Source: Limisphaerales bacterium (GTDB taxonomy: Bacteria > Verrucomicrobiota > Verrucomicrobiia > Limisphaerales > JAJOIW01). From it: 64,000 nucleotides of DNA. Location: contig CBFHOE010000003.1 in NCBI GenBank assembly GCA_965657355.1, positions 32,001 to 96,000 of the forward strand, given 5' to 3'. Each line of letters opens with the position of its first letter. Position 1 is the first letter of the stretch. Of this stretch, positions 1 through 9,882 are shown piece by piece. A model generated the notes under the pieces. It saw only the letters and a list, made by a program, of their open reading frames with translations, had not been told where the DNA came from and did not search any database. The position numbers and the translations under genes are program-made.

Positions 1-1512
1 TCTATGCTCCAGAAAGCCATGGAATACATATCTGTAAATAAACCTGGAAATTGCCAAATCTGGATTTGTTCTGACCTCAAAGAAAATGACTGGGATTTGA
101 ACAATGGATTGTGGACATCAATAAAAAAAGAGTTTCCAAATATTAATGATAATATTCAGATATTACTATTACCGATGACCCAATCCAGCCCGAGCAACAT
201 GGGTGTCCATGTTACCAATGCTAAGCGAATTATCTCGGACAAATCATCACAGGTACAGCTTGATTTCAAGATAACTCAATTTGGAGAGGAATTAAAAGAT
301 GCAGAGATTCCCATTGATATAAATGTTAATGGCAGTACCTCGCGCTCTAAAATTCAAGTGACTGGTCGAGAGTCTGTTATCGAAGGCTTTGCTGTTGATA
401 TCGACCCAGGTCAAACGAACGGTTGGGGCTGGGTGAAGATACCATCGGATAATTTGGCATCCGACGACTCAAGTTACTTTTCATATTCTCCATTCAAAAC
501 GTCCAAGACGCTTTTAACTAACAAAAATGCTGATTCCAATGGCCCACTCGTATGGATCAGCGAATCCTCACCAGACGGCTCGGCTGAAAATTTTGTTCAA
601 GTCACAACCATACAAGATTTTTCATCTCTTAACATAAATGACGTGAGCTTGATAATTTGGGATAACCCAATTCCAGAAGATTCTGAAATCAAAAATAAAT
701 TACTTCAATACGTGGGTGACGGTGGGCAGCTTCTAGTCATTGCCTCTGAAGTAGATACGGATGCTAAAATAGCTGGGGTGTCATTTTCCGATATTATCTC
801 TGCTCCTCAAGAAGAGTTTTTTAAAATTGATAATTGGAAGACAGAGGAAGATTTGCTCGCACGCTCCTTTGATGGAATCCCTCTACCTGTCGGCGAACTA
901 AAGATAAAACAATATAGAAAATTGGAGCACGCCGGTCAGCTTCCTATCTCCTTAGCTCGGTTTGAAACTGGAGCGCCTCTTCTTTCGAAAATTAACGTTA
1001 ACAATGGATTCATCTATTTTCTCACAACCCATTTAAATTCGGCATGGAGCGATCTAGGGTCCAATGGAATCGTTCTTTACGTCATGGTCCAAAGGGCGCT
1101 CGCCCAAGGTGTCGCCGCTAAGAAAGGGCAAAATTTTCGCGAAGCCGGTGAAGCTAAACAGTCGGTCGCATCACAATGGATAAGAATCGCCGGAAATAAG
1201 GAAGCTCCATCAACCGAGAACGCTTCGATCGCCGGGGTATATAAACTTTCAAATGGAGAATTCCTTGCCGTAAACCGAAGTCTAACAGAGGTGTCCAGCC
1301 CGGCATTGTCCATTGATTCGGTGAAGGAAGGATTTGGAGAATTGCCTCTCCAAGTTATTGGTTCAGGAGCGGAAGAAGCTGAATCTGGCATTGTTCAGGA
1401 AGTCTGGCGATTATTCCTCCTTCTCATGGTGGCTGCATTGATGCTCGAGGCGTTTTTTAGTTTGCCTACAAAACGTAATGATAGTTCGAATTTTCCCGGG
1501 AGGGCTGCATAA
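1..1512 (+). CDS. BatA/vWA-cluster membrane-anchored protein, 5'-truncated by the window edge
   Basis: Frame is open from base 1. 'IWICSDL' resembles the tail of a vWA domain, followed by an Ig-like region ('DNLASDDSSYF'), a GATase-like segment ('LLQYVGDGGQLLV') and a C-terminal TM 'EVWRLFLLLMVAALMLEAFF' typical of BatA-type proteins. Confidence 0.65.
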   Translation, partial: SMLQKAMEYISVNKPGNCQIWICSDLKENDWDLNNGLWTSIKKEFPNINDNIQILLLPMTQSSPSNMGVHVTNAKRIISDKSSQVQLDFKITQFGEELKDAEIPIDINVNGSTSRSKIQVTGRESVIEGFAVDIDPGQTNGWGWVKIPSDNLASDDSSYFSYSPFKTSKTLLTNKNADSNGPLVWISESSPDGSAENFVQVTTIQDFSSLNINDVSLIIWDNPIPEDSEIKNKLLQYVGDGGQLLVIASEVDTDAKIAGVSFSDIISAPQEEFFKIDNWKTEEDLLARSFDGIPLPVGELKIKQYRKLEHAGQLPISLARFETGAPLLSKINVNNGFIYFLTTHLNSAWSDLGSNGIVLYVMVQRALAQGVAAKKGQNFREAGEAKQSVASQWIRIAGNKEAPSTENASIAGVYKLSNGEFLAVNRSLTEVSSPALSIDSVKEGFGELPLQVIGSGAEEAESGIVQEVWRLFLLLMVAALMLEAFFSLPTKRNDSSNFPGRAA

Positions 1513-3701
1513 TGCAAAGCCTAACTTGGAATGGAAATGAAATTGCCCTTTGGGTTTCCGTTTTGATAGTCCCTATAACTATCGCACTGGCTCTTTGGAA
1601 TTGGAGAGCTCATGGAAGTAAAAAATTTCATGGGCTATTAGAAATTTTTAGAGTTTTGCTTGTCTTGCTCGTAATACTTATTTTTTGGCAACCTGAATGG
1701 GTAGAGGAGTCCGCGAATCAGAGGGATCCCGTAATTGCAGTGATAAGTGATTATTCTTCAAGCATGGAGACCAGAGATACTGAGATTCCAGATCAAGAAG
1801 GATTAACGACAAGAGCACAAGTAAGGAATATAATAAATGATACAAACAAATGGTCGGGTTTGGGTGAGAATGTAAAGGTTGTCTATTCAACTTTTGGGGA
1901 AGCTCAATTGGGAAAACCGAGTCGGTCGAATTTATACACTCCTATCAAATCTGCAATCGAGGGTAACCCGGGAATCAAAGGAGTTTTTGTAATATCTGAT
2001 GGAGATTGGAATACAGGGCCACCACCATCACAACTCGCTTCGATGTCACGGCTCGCCAACGTGCCTATTTTTTCCTTTCCATTGGGAACGGAGGAACGCT
2101 TACCTGATATACGAATAACTGAGGTTGCTATCCCTAGCTACGGCGTGACAGGAAAGGCATTGCGGATACCCGTCTCTCTCAGGAGCTCACTTGCTCAAAC
2201 TTTTCCAGCGACCGTAAAGGTGCGATTGTCCAACGGGGATCGCATGGAAAAAACTGTCGCCATACCTGCCAAAAATAAAGCTGAGGTTGTCTTTGAATGG
2301 AAACCAAAGGAGCCGGGGGATTACTCTATAGATGTTGAAGTGAACGCGCATCCAAATGAGGCCATTCTCGAAAATAATAAATTTACAAACCAGTTCCAGG
2401 TCCAAGACGAAAGCATTCAGGTGTTAGTTGTGGATTCTGTGCCTCGCTGGGAGTATCGATACCTGAGAAATGCTCTTTCACGAGATCCGGGGATTGAACT
2501 ATCGTGCTTGCTTTATCACCCCGGGCTTACAAAAAGAGGTGGCGGGGATGAAAATTATATCAAGAGTTTTCCAGAATCCCTCAATGAACTTTCTAGGTAT
2601 GACGTCATTATACTTGGTGATGTGGGTGTCACTGTTGATCAGCTCACAGACGAGGACTGTAGGCAAATAAAAGGTGTGGTTGAGAACCAAGCGGCAGGTC
2701 TCATTTTAATTCCTGGGTTTGAAGGAAATGAGTTGAGCCTTGTTGATACGGAGTTGGAGCCTTTGATCCCAATTCAATTCGACCTCAATCAGCCGCGAGG
2801 GTGGGGGAGCAGGGATCCTGAGCATTTCACGCTTTCCCGTGAAGGAAGAAAGAGTTTATTAACTCGTCTAGGGGATACTGAAGAAGAGAATCTTACGATA
2901 TGGGAGGATCTTCCAGGGTTTAATTGGTATGCACCCATATTGAGAGCGAAAGTTGGATCACAGGTTTTAGCTACCCACCAAAATGTTAGCAACGAAAACG
3001 GTCTCATCCCATTGCTTGTCACTAAAACTCAAGGCCAAGGAAAGGTTTTATTCATGGGAACCGACAGCGCTTGGAAGTGGAGAGAAGGAGTCGAAGATCA
3101 ATATCATTATAGATTTTGGGGCCAAGTCATTCGTTGGATGGCTTACCAAAGAAATATGGCTGAAGGGCAGACTCTCCGGCTTTTCTTTTTTCCCGAAAGA
3201 CCGCAGGTCAGAAATACGGTCAAGCTCAATGTCAATGCCATGATGCCATCAGGTGAGCCCCTTCAGGCTGGCGATATCCGAGCCCGACTGACATCACCAA
3301 CTGGCAAGACACAATCACTAAAACTATCCAATAATGGTGAGGAATGGGGGTTGTACGAAGGCTCCTGGACACCAGATGAATCTGGTTCTTATAACATCAG
3401 GATAGAGTCCAGAGATACCGGGGATATTCTTGAATATGAAATTCCCGTTGAGGGTCTTCCATTGGAAGTGGTTGGCGAACCAGCTCGCCTCGATGTTTTG
3501 GAAGAGTTATCACGCCTCACCAATGGAAAAGTGCTGAGTCCTGAACAGGCAGATAATACTGCCGGCCTATTAAACCTTTTACCAGCCTCAGAACCTTTGG
3601 TTAAAAGAATTGCCATCTGGAGTCATCCAGCAACGCTTGCTGCTCTGGTAATTTTATTCGCCATTTTTTGGATTTTAAGGAAAAAGGCAGGCTTAATTTA
3701 A
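1512..3701 (+). CDS. vWA-like + CARDB/Ig + class I GATase-like membrane protein
   Basis: Two N-terminal TMs, MIDAS-like 'DYSSSM' and 'ISDG', 'PRWEYRYLRNAL', 'YDVIILGDV', 'WKWR', C-terminal TM ending 'RKKAGLI'. Start overlaps the upstream stop (TAATG). Confidence 0.7.
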   Translation: MQSLTWNGNEIALWVSVLIVPITIALALWNWRAHGSKKFHGLLEIFRVLLVLLVILIFWQPEWVEESANQRDPVIAVISDYSSSMETRDTEIPDQEGLTTRAQVRNIINDTNKWSGLGENVKVVYSTFGEAQLGKPSRSNLYTPIKSAIEGNPGIKGVFVISDGDWNTGPPPSQLASMSRLANVPIFSFPLGTEERLPDIRITEVAIPSYGVTGKALRIPVSLRSSLAQTFPATVKVRLSNGDRMEKTVAIPAKNKAEVVFEWKPKEPGDYSIDVEVNAHPNEAILENNKFTNQFQVQDESIQVLVVDSVPRWEYRYLRNALSRDPGIELSCLLYHPGLTKRGGGDENYIKSFPESLNELSRYDVIILGDVGVTVDQLTDEDCRQIKGVVENQAAGLILIPGFEGNELSLVDTELEPLIPIQFDLNQPRGWGSRDPEHFTLSREGRKSLLTRLGDTEEENLTIWEDLPGFNWYAPILRAKVGSQVLATHQNVSNENGLIPLLVTKTQGQGKVLFMGTDSAWKWREGVEDQYHYRFWGQVIRWMAYQRNMAEGQTLRLFFFPERPQVRNTVKLNVNAMMPSGEPLQAGDIRARLTSPTGKTQSLKLSNNGEEWGLYEGSWTPDESGSYNIRIESRDTGDILEYEIPVEGLPLEVVGEPARLDVLEELSRLTNGKVLSPEQADNTAGLLNLLPASEPLVKRIAIWSHPATLAALVILFAIFWILRKKAGLI

Positions 3702-3768
3702 TGAAATTTGTTTATTTATGGCGGTTTTTAGAGTAGTTTTCTGCTAGTCGCCTCTACAGGAGCAATAA

Positions 3769-6700
3769 ATGGATCCTTCAACAAAACTACTGCGTGAGCG
3801 CCTGCCTTCGGCTCTCATAGAAAAATTAGAAACTTTTAGAACCAATGTCCGTCGAATCAAACGGAATGAATCTATACTCCTTGGGTTTTCATGCACTCTC
3901 TTGTGGTTTCTTTTGGCATTCTCAATCGATAGATTCTTTGACGCTTCGGCCATATTCAGGGTAGCGGGCATACTCACTCTAGCTGGGGCCATCGGTCTCA
4001 TCGTTTGGAACTATTTGTCAAAAACAGTCTTGTCCACCCAAGAGTGGGCTGGATTAGCGCGTTTAATCGAAAAGAGATTTCCAGGCCCCGGGGACAGACT
4101 GCTAGGTATATTGGAAATTGGGTCTGACGACAGCGAGTGGACCCGGTCAAAAACTTTGTCTCAAGCTGCTATCAGCCAAGTCGCTGCCGAACTTCACGTG
4201 ACTGATTTTGATCAGGCTCTTCCGAAGCCCAGGTTGCAATCTCTTAGCATGATGGTTTTTGGTATGACTGCTATTATCCTTGGACTTGCATTTGTCATTC
4301 CTCAGCCCGTTGGCAATGCCGCTGCCAGGTGGGCAGCCCCTTGGTTGGACGTCGATCGGTACACATTTGCCCAACCCGAAAATTTGGAACCTCGAGTTTA
4401 CGTCGGACGTGGAGAAGATTATTCCATCGAAATTCCAATGAAGGAGACCAGCCCGTGGATTCCTTCCTCAGCTCGAGTAAAGCCTCAGGGACGAGATTCA
4501 TTCAAAACTCAATTAGATACCTCTGGTAAACTCTACAAATTTGATATTCCAGCCCATTCCGACCTGAGAAATCTCGAGGTTAAAATTGGTGATTACAAGC
4601 TGAGACTGATGGTGGATCCCAAGGAGAGAAGCAGTATCGAGTCGGCCCTCGCGAATATTAAACTCCCTGAATACCTGAAAAGGTCACAAAACATAGAAAA
4701 AGATATCAGAGCTGGTTTGCTCACAATGGTGAAAGGTAGCTCTGCCGATTTGTCTATTGTGGTTGATAGAGAGCTTTCAAAAGTAAATGTTCAGCCAGGT
4801 CAATTTACTTTTATGAAAAACCTCATCGAGGTCTCTATAAACCGACAAGACTCAATTAAAGGCGATTCCAGATCTATTAAATGGGTCGACAAATTTGGTT
4901 TGGCCGGACTTTCTGATTTTGGACTCAAGGTAAAAATTGTGGAAGATGAGAAACCCGGGCTAGTCATTGAGGATCTTCCGCGAAGTAAAGTCCTTCTTGA
5001 ATCCGATACACTAGATTTTAAAGCACAGGTTAATGACGACTTTGGTATCAAGGAAGTTGGTATGGAATGGACTGGCGAAGGAGACCCTGAACAAGACTCA
5101 AAACCAACAACTGGGGAAAAATTACTTGCCTCATTCGCCCCCGATGACCCCGCATTACAGCTCATAGGGACATTCTCTGCCAAAGATCTGGGAATAAATC
5201 CTCAGCCTTTGAAAGTAAAATTTTTTGTCTCAGATTTTTATCCCGATCGCGAAAGAGTTTATTCGCCTGAATATCTTTTTTACGTATTGAATGAAGATCA
5301 GCATTTGCAATGGATAACTCGACGAATGACGAGGTGGCAACAAGATGCCCTCTTGGTGAAATCTAAGGAAGAACAGCTCCATAAAACTAATAAAGAGCTT
5401 CGTGACTTAACTTCCGAAGAATTGAATAACGAAGAAACCAGAAGAAAGATAAAGGCTCAGGCGTCTGCCGAAAAGGCAAACGGTAGAAGGCTTTCCGGTC
5501 TTTCCAAGTCTGGTGAAAATCTTATTCGTGAAGCCGCCAAGAATTCCCAATTTGGACCTGGAACATTAGAAAATTGGGCCGAGGTTCTCAATGTGCTGAA
5601 AGATATCAGCGGGAATCGTATGCCGTCTGTTGAGGGGTTGCTCAAAGAGGCTGCTGCCCAGCCAATGATGGCTCAGTCCTCTTCGCTCTCGGGAGCAAGC
5701 TCATCCGAAAACAATGTCAAAAACTCTCAAAATGACCAAGACAGAGCCAATGATTCTGGTGGGAGTGAGAACAAAAGTGAAGGTGGCCCCATGATTGGTC
5801 AAAATAGAAATAACTCCGGGGGAAACAGTGGGGATCAGGGCAAAAAAGAGGATCAAGATAATGAGGATCCAAATAAATCTAAAATCCCCGCTTTAGTGGA
5901 TAAGGAGAGCTCATTGCAACCTGAAGACCCCGATAGCGAGGAAGAGCAAAAAACAGCACAAACAAAACCCTCAGGAAATGGAAAATTTGGATTGCCCTCG
6001 ACAACTCTACAGGATTTTTCGAAATCACAAGATACGCCCCCGCCTCCTCCATCTGAAAAAATGGAGGATGCTGTGATAGAACAGGAGGACCTCCTTGCGG
6101 AGTTCAATAAAGTTAGTGAAGAGATGAACCGTATCCTAGCGGACTTGGAAGGCTCCACATTTGTAAAAAGACTAAAAGCAGCTTCAAGAGCCCAGACTCA
6201 GATGGCAAGGACACTAGGCGAGCAGGTGGCGGATTCCTTTGGGCTTAGTTCAGTTCGGCAGAATGATTCCTCAAAGACTGTCTTCAATGAACTCAAAGAA
6301 CAAGATAGGCTGAATCTCTTACGTCTAGATGAAATCCAACAGGATATGGAGGCTTACTACCAAAGAAAACAGTTTACAAAATTTAAGAATGTCCTGAACG
6401 AAATGGAAGAAATGGACCCCTTCACAGGATTAGATACAAAATCAGAGATTATGGATGAAGAGGTCGGTTGGAGCTTCACCATGACAGAATACTGGGCAGA
6501 CACCTTTGATAGGTGGGCGGAGGATTTAGTCGACCCTGCTTCCGGCGGGACATGCCCAGGCAGCAAATCAAGCGGCAGTTTGCCGCCGTCCATTGTTCTT
6601 GAAATTATGAAGCTTCTCGAAGGCGAAATTGACCTCCGAAATGAAACGCGTGTTGCTGATCAAAATAGACCCGGTCAAAAATCTGAAGAATATAAAAATG

Positions 6701-7167
6701 CAGCGACTTCACTTGCAGATAATCAAGGTGCTCTTCGTGACACAGCTGAGGAAGTTACCCAAGCTATTCGTGAGCTTCCTAAATCCGAAGAATATTTTGC
6801 AAATGAAATTCAATTGATGAGTGCTGCTTCAGTTCTGATGACTGAGGCGGAAGAAACTTTGGCTGAACCCGAAACTGGAGCTAGGGCCATTGCCGTTGAG
6901 ACAGAAATTATAGAGCTTTTGCTGCAGGCGAAAAGGTCGAAGTCAAGCGGCGGTGGTGGTGGCGGCGCTAACCCCGGCGGTGGCGGCTCTGGTGAAACAG
7001 AAGTTCCCGCTATCGCCCTCATTGGGTCGGGAGTTGATGCCGAAGGCCGACCAGATGACAATGAGGTTCAACAATCTACAGGAACAGCAGGCCCTCAATT
7101 CCCAGAAGAGTTTAAGCGCGGCCTGGATACCTACTTTGAAAAATTTGAGCAAAATAGGAAAAACTAA
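3769..7167 (+). CDS. Large membrane-anchored helical/coiled-coil protein (DUF4175-like architecture)
   Basis: Three N-terminal TMs with 'LARLIEKRFP', beta-rich middle with 'DDFGI', long Q/E-rich helical region, Gly-rich linker and terminal 'PEEFKRGLDTYF'. Confidence 0.6.
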   Translation: MDPSTKLLRERLPSALIEKLETFRTNVRRIKRNESILLGFSCTLLWFLLAFSIDRFFDASAIFRVAGILTLAGAIGLIVWNYLSKTVLSTQEWAGLARLIEKRFPGPGDRLLGILEIGSDDSEWTRSKTLSQAAISQVAAELHVTDFDQALPKPRLQSLSMMVFGMTAIILGLAFVIPQPVGNAAARWAAPWLDVDRYTFAQPENLEPRVYVGRGEDYSIEIPMKETSPWIPSSARVKPQGRDSFKTQLDTSGKLYKFDIPAHSDLRNLEVKIGDYKLRLMVDPKERSSIESALANIKLPEYLKRSQNIEKDIRAGLLTMVKGSSADLSIVVDRELSKVNVQPGQFTFMKNLIEVSINRQDSIKGDSRSIKWVDKFGLAGLSDFGLKVKIVEDEKPGLVIEDLPRSKVLLESDTLDFKAQVNDDFGIKEVGMEWTGEGDPEQDSKPTTGEKLLASFAPDDPALQLIGTFSAKDLGINPQPLKVKFFVSDFYPDRERVYSPEYLFYVLNEDQHLQWITRRMTRWQQDALLVKSKEEQLHKTNKELRDLTSEELNNEETRRKIKAQASAEKANGRRLSGLSKSGENLIREAAKNSQFGPGTLENWAEVLNVLKDISGNRMPSVEGLLKEAAAQPMMAQSSSLSGASSSENNVKNSQNDQDRANDSGGSENKSEGGPMIGQNRNNSGGNSGDQGKKEDQDNEDPNKSKIPALVDKESSLQPEDPDSEEEQKTAQTKPSGNGKFGLPSTTLQDFSKSQDTPPPPPSEKMEDAVIEQEDLLAEFNKVSEEMNRILADLEGSTFVKRLKAASRAQTQMARTLGEQVADSFGLSSVRQNDSSKTVFNELKEQDRLNLLRLDEIQQDMEAYYQRKQFTKFKNVLNEMEEMDPFTGLDTKSEIMDEEVGWSFTMTEYWADTFDRWAEDLVDPASGGTCPGSKSSGSLPPSIVLEIMKLLEGEIDLRNETRVADQNRPGQKSEEYKNAATSLADNQGALRDTAEEVTQAIRELPKSEEYFANEIQLMSAASVLMTEAEETLAEPETGARAIAVETEIIELLLQAKRSKSSGGGGGGANPGGGGSGETEVPAIALIGSGVDAEGRPDDNEVQQSTGTAGPQFPEEFKRGLDTYFEKFEQNRKN

Positions 7168-7279
7168 AATTTATCATATGACTTTGCGAATGGAGCCTTG
7201 TCTGATTTGATTTCATATTTTCTGCATTATTTGTTCTACCCATAATCACATATAAGTTCTTTAAATAAAGGAAACCAGC

Positions 7280-8689
7280 ATGATCATGACCTCCAAATCT
7301 TATCTTTCCAATGCCGCATTCATTCTAGGCTTTTTAATTAGTTTCCTTACACAACATGGCTGGTCTCAAGGCCAAGCCGAAAAAACTATAAATCGGCAAG
7401 CCATTTTAAATCAAAAAAGCTTGAAAGAAATTTTTGAGAACTACGCTGCTCAGGCGGCTCATTGTTTTAAATATCTAAATGAAGATTCAAAGATACCTCT
7501 AAACGAACTTAAATCTGCTCTAAAAACACAGATCTACGAATTAGCTCAGTCCAGAGAGGTGCCCGAGGATTTAAACAATAACGGTGCCCCTCCGACCTCT
7601 GCCGAGCTTCGCTTCATGCATGATTTATATGCTGAAGCATTTAAACCCCTCTTAATTTCAGGGGATGTGACACAATTAGAATTTTCTAAATTCGTAAAGG
7701 ATACTGACTTGATCGAGAGACATTTTAGGCAGTTTTGTGCTAAGATGTCCGTCTTCACATTACTCCAATATATTCCTTTGACGAAAAAACAAATAGAAAA
7801 CGTCATAGGGGGAATACAAATAAATGATTCCGAGTCTGTCTCTCCATTTAGTTATACCATGAATCTGGTAAATGGTTCTCCTGAAAAAACACTTTCCATG
7901 TTTGATTTAACAAAAATAAAACCACCTTTATCGGGGCCTCAACAGAAGCTGCTTGATAAGTTAATGGGAGAAAGCACTGAGAGAAGAGCTCCTTATGCTG
8001 ATCTCAGTCTTTCTGTATCTGCGTTAAGGCAGGTTAACACCACTAATAAAAAGAGTATGCCTGACCCTCTTCCTGGAAGATTTTTAAAAGATTATTATGC
8101 AACTCAGATTAAAATATGGGCCGACGAATTTGGACTGAATCCAGCCGACCAAAAAAAACTCAACATAGTCAGTGGCCAAAGTGTAGATCAGCTCTTAACT
8201 TTCTATTCCGATCCTGAGAAGTTAGATTTAAGCAAAGCCTACAATCACGAAATGCTTTCTCAATCCATAACCCATGTCAGTTTTAACTGGAAAAAATGGG
8301 TGAAAATATTGAATAAAATTTCTAATTCCATGATCGATAGAGGAAGCAAGTCTTTTGAGACTCCGATAGATTACAATAACAAGTACTATTCACTTATCTA
8401 TGATATGAATCTAGACTTCATTATCACTGCTTTACGATTATGCGGTACCCCCAAGGTGGACTTGCAAGCTGCAAGCCATGGGTTAACCGGTAAACAAATT
8501 TTTGAAATTAAGCAGGTTTTCTCCAAAGCGAATGGAGATCAGCCGGCACTTTATCTTCAGGACTTTAATTTTTTAAGAAACATTATCATCGGCGAAAGAG
8601 CTAAATTTGAATCCATCCTTACTCCAGGTCAGATGGATGCGTTGAAGGTATTAGGTGAAGGCCTAGACATGGAAACCGAACTCAAATAA
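7280..8689 (+). CDS. Secreted hypothetical protein with repeated LTxxQ-like motifs
   Basis: 469-aa ORF with an N-terminal signal-like segment and the motifs LTKKQ, LSGPQ, LTGKQ and LTPGQ. Confidence 0.5.
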   Translation: MIMTSKSYLSNAAFILGFLISFLTQHGWSQGQAEKTINRQAILNQKSLKEIFENYAAQAAHCFKYLNEDSKIPLNELKSALKTQIYELAQSREVPEDLNNNGAPPTSAELRFMHDLYAEAFKPLLISGDVTQLEFSKFVKDTDLIERHFRQFCAKMSVFTLLQYIPLTKKQIENVIGGIQINDSESVSPFSYTMNLVNGSPEKTLSMFDLTKIKPPLSGPQQKLLDKLMGESTERRAPYADLSLSVSALRQVNTTNKKSMPDPLPGRFLKDYYATQIKIWADEFGLNPADQKKLNIVSGQSVDQLLTFYSDPEKLDLSKAYNHEMLSQSITHVSFNWKKWVKILNKISNSMIDRGSKSFETPIDYNNKYYSLIYDMNLDFIITALRLCGTPKVDLQAASHGLTGKQIFEIKQVFSKANGDQPALYLQDFNFLRNIIIGERAKFESILTPGQMDALKVLGEGLDMETELK

Positions 8690-8826
8690 AAGAGACTTAA
8701 TGTTATTTAAGATTCACCCAAACCCTAATACCAAATCAAAAGAAATAATGACTAAAAATCATGATATGACTTTTGGAACTCTAATTAAGAGTCCATTGAA
8801 ATATCTATGAGTATATAATTTGTAAA

Positions 8827-9879
8827 ATGACATCTATTCTCTTTAACCGAATCGTTATCCTATTAGTCCTTCTTACTTGTTCGGGGGCTTTTCAATGCCT
8901 TGCTCAATTGCCTGAGATTAGATACGGACAAAAAGTCCCATTATCCGTTCGCCAAATCTATGACAAAGGTTTGGATTATCTTGCCAAGATACAACTCAAA
9001 ACAGGTGGATGGCCCAGCGGCGGGGGAGGGCAAACTGGCCCAGGTCTCGATGGGATTTGTGTCATGGCTTTCCTTGCTTCGGGATCAGACCCAAACTTTG
9101 GACAGTACGCATCTACTATACATAGAGGCCTACAAAATATTATCAGAACGCAAAACGCCTCCACTGGTTTCATGGGTAACAGCATGTATCACCACGGGTT
9201 CGGTATGTTAGCTTTGGCCGAGGCTTATGGAATAGTGCATGAAGCTAATCTCTGGAAGGAAGGTAAAGACGATGGTTCAAGAAGTATAGGAAAGGCACTG
9301 GAGTTAGCTGTAAGGGCTGCCATAACTTCTCAAAACCAAAATCCTCACAAAGCATGGAGATATTCGCCTCGAGCCAATGACGCTGATACTTCAGTGGCTG
9401 GTGCAGTATTAATGGGCTTACTGGCTGCTCGAAACGCTGGTATCGAAGTTCCAGACAAAACAATTGATGCCGCTCTAAACTATTTCAAAGCTATGACTAG
9501 TCCGAAAGGCAATGTTGGTTACTCTGGTGGTGTGGGCGGCTTCGGTGACTCATTAGCTCGCTCTAGTATTGCTACGCTTGTCTTTGCTATTGCTCGCCAA
9601 AAAGAAAAAGACAACTATAAATCCACTGCTAATTACCTTAAGAAAAATTTAGAGAACCAAGGAAATTCGGGGTGGCCCTTTTACACAAGGTATTACCAGG
9701 CACAGGCTTACTTCCAAGCAGATTATGAAGCTTGGAAAATATGGAACAGACGATTGATACGTGAAGTAAAGGCAATGCAAGGCCCTGATGGGAGTGTGCG
9801 AGGTGCCGCTTACCCAACAGGAATGTCTTTGCTTGCTCTGGGGCTTAACTACAGATTCCTACCAATCTATGAAAGATAA
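8827..9879 (+). CDS. Prenyltransferase/squalene-oxidase-repeat (alpha/alpha barrel) secreted protein
   Basis: QW-like repeats ('KIQLKTGGW', 'SQNQNPHKAW', 'AMQGPDGS'), 'MYHHGFGMLALAEAYG', C-terminal 'LPIYER', signal peptide. No DxDD motif. Confidence 0.75.
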   Translation: MTSILFNRIVILLVLLTCSGAFQCLAQLPEIRYGQKVPLSVRQIYDKGLDYLAKIQLKTGGWPSGGGGQTGPGLDGICVMAFLASGSDPNFGQYASTIHRGLQNIIRTQNASTGFMGNSMYHHGFGMLALAEAYGIVHEANLWKEGKDDGSRSIGKALELAVRAAITSQNQNPHKAWRYSPRANDADTSVAGAVLMGLLAARNAGIEVPDKTIDAALNYFKAMTSPKGNVGYSGGVGGFGDSLARSSIATLVFAIARQKEKDNYKSTANYLKKNLENQGNSGWPFYTRYYQAQAYFQADYEAWKIWNRRLIREVKAMQGPDGSVRGAAYPTGMSLLALGLNYRFLPIYER

Positions 9880-9882
9880 AAT

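Noticed and set aside
6948..6992. GGC/GGT-rich repeat-like tract
   Set aside because: It simply encodes the poly-Gly linker of the 3769-7167 protein.
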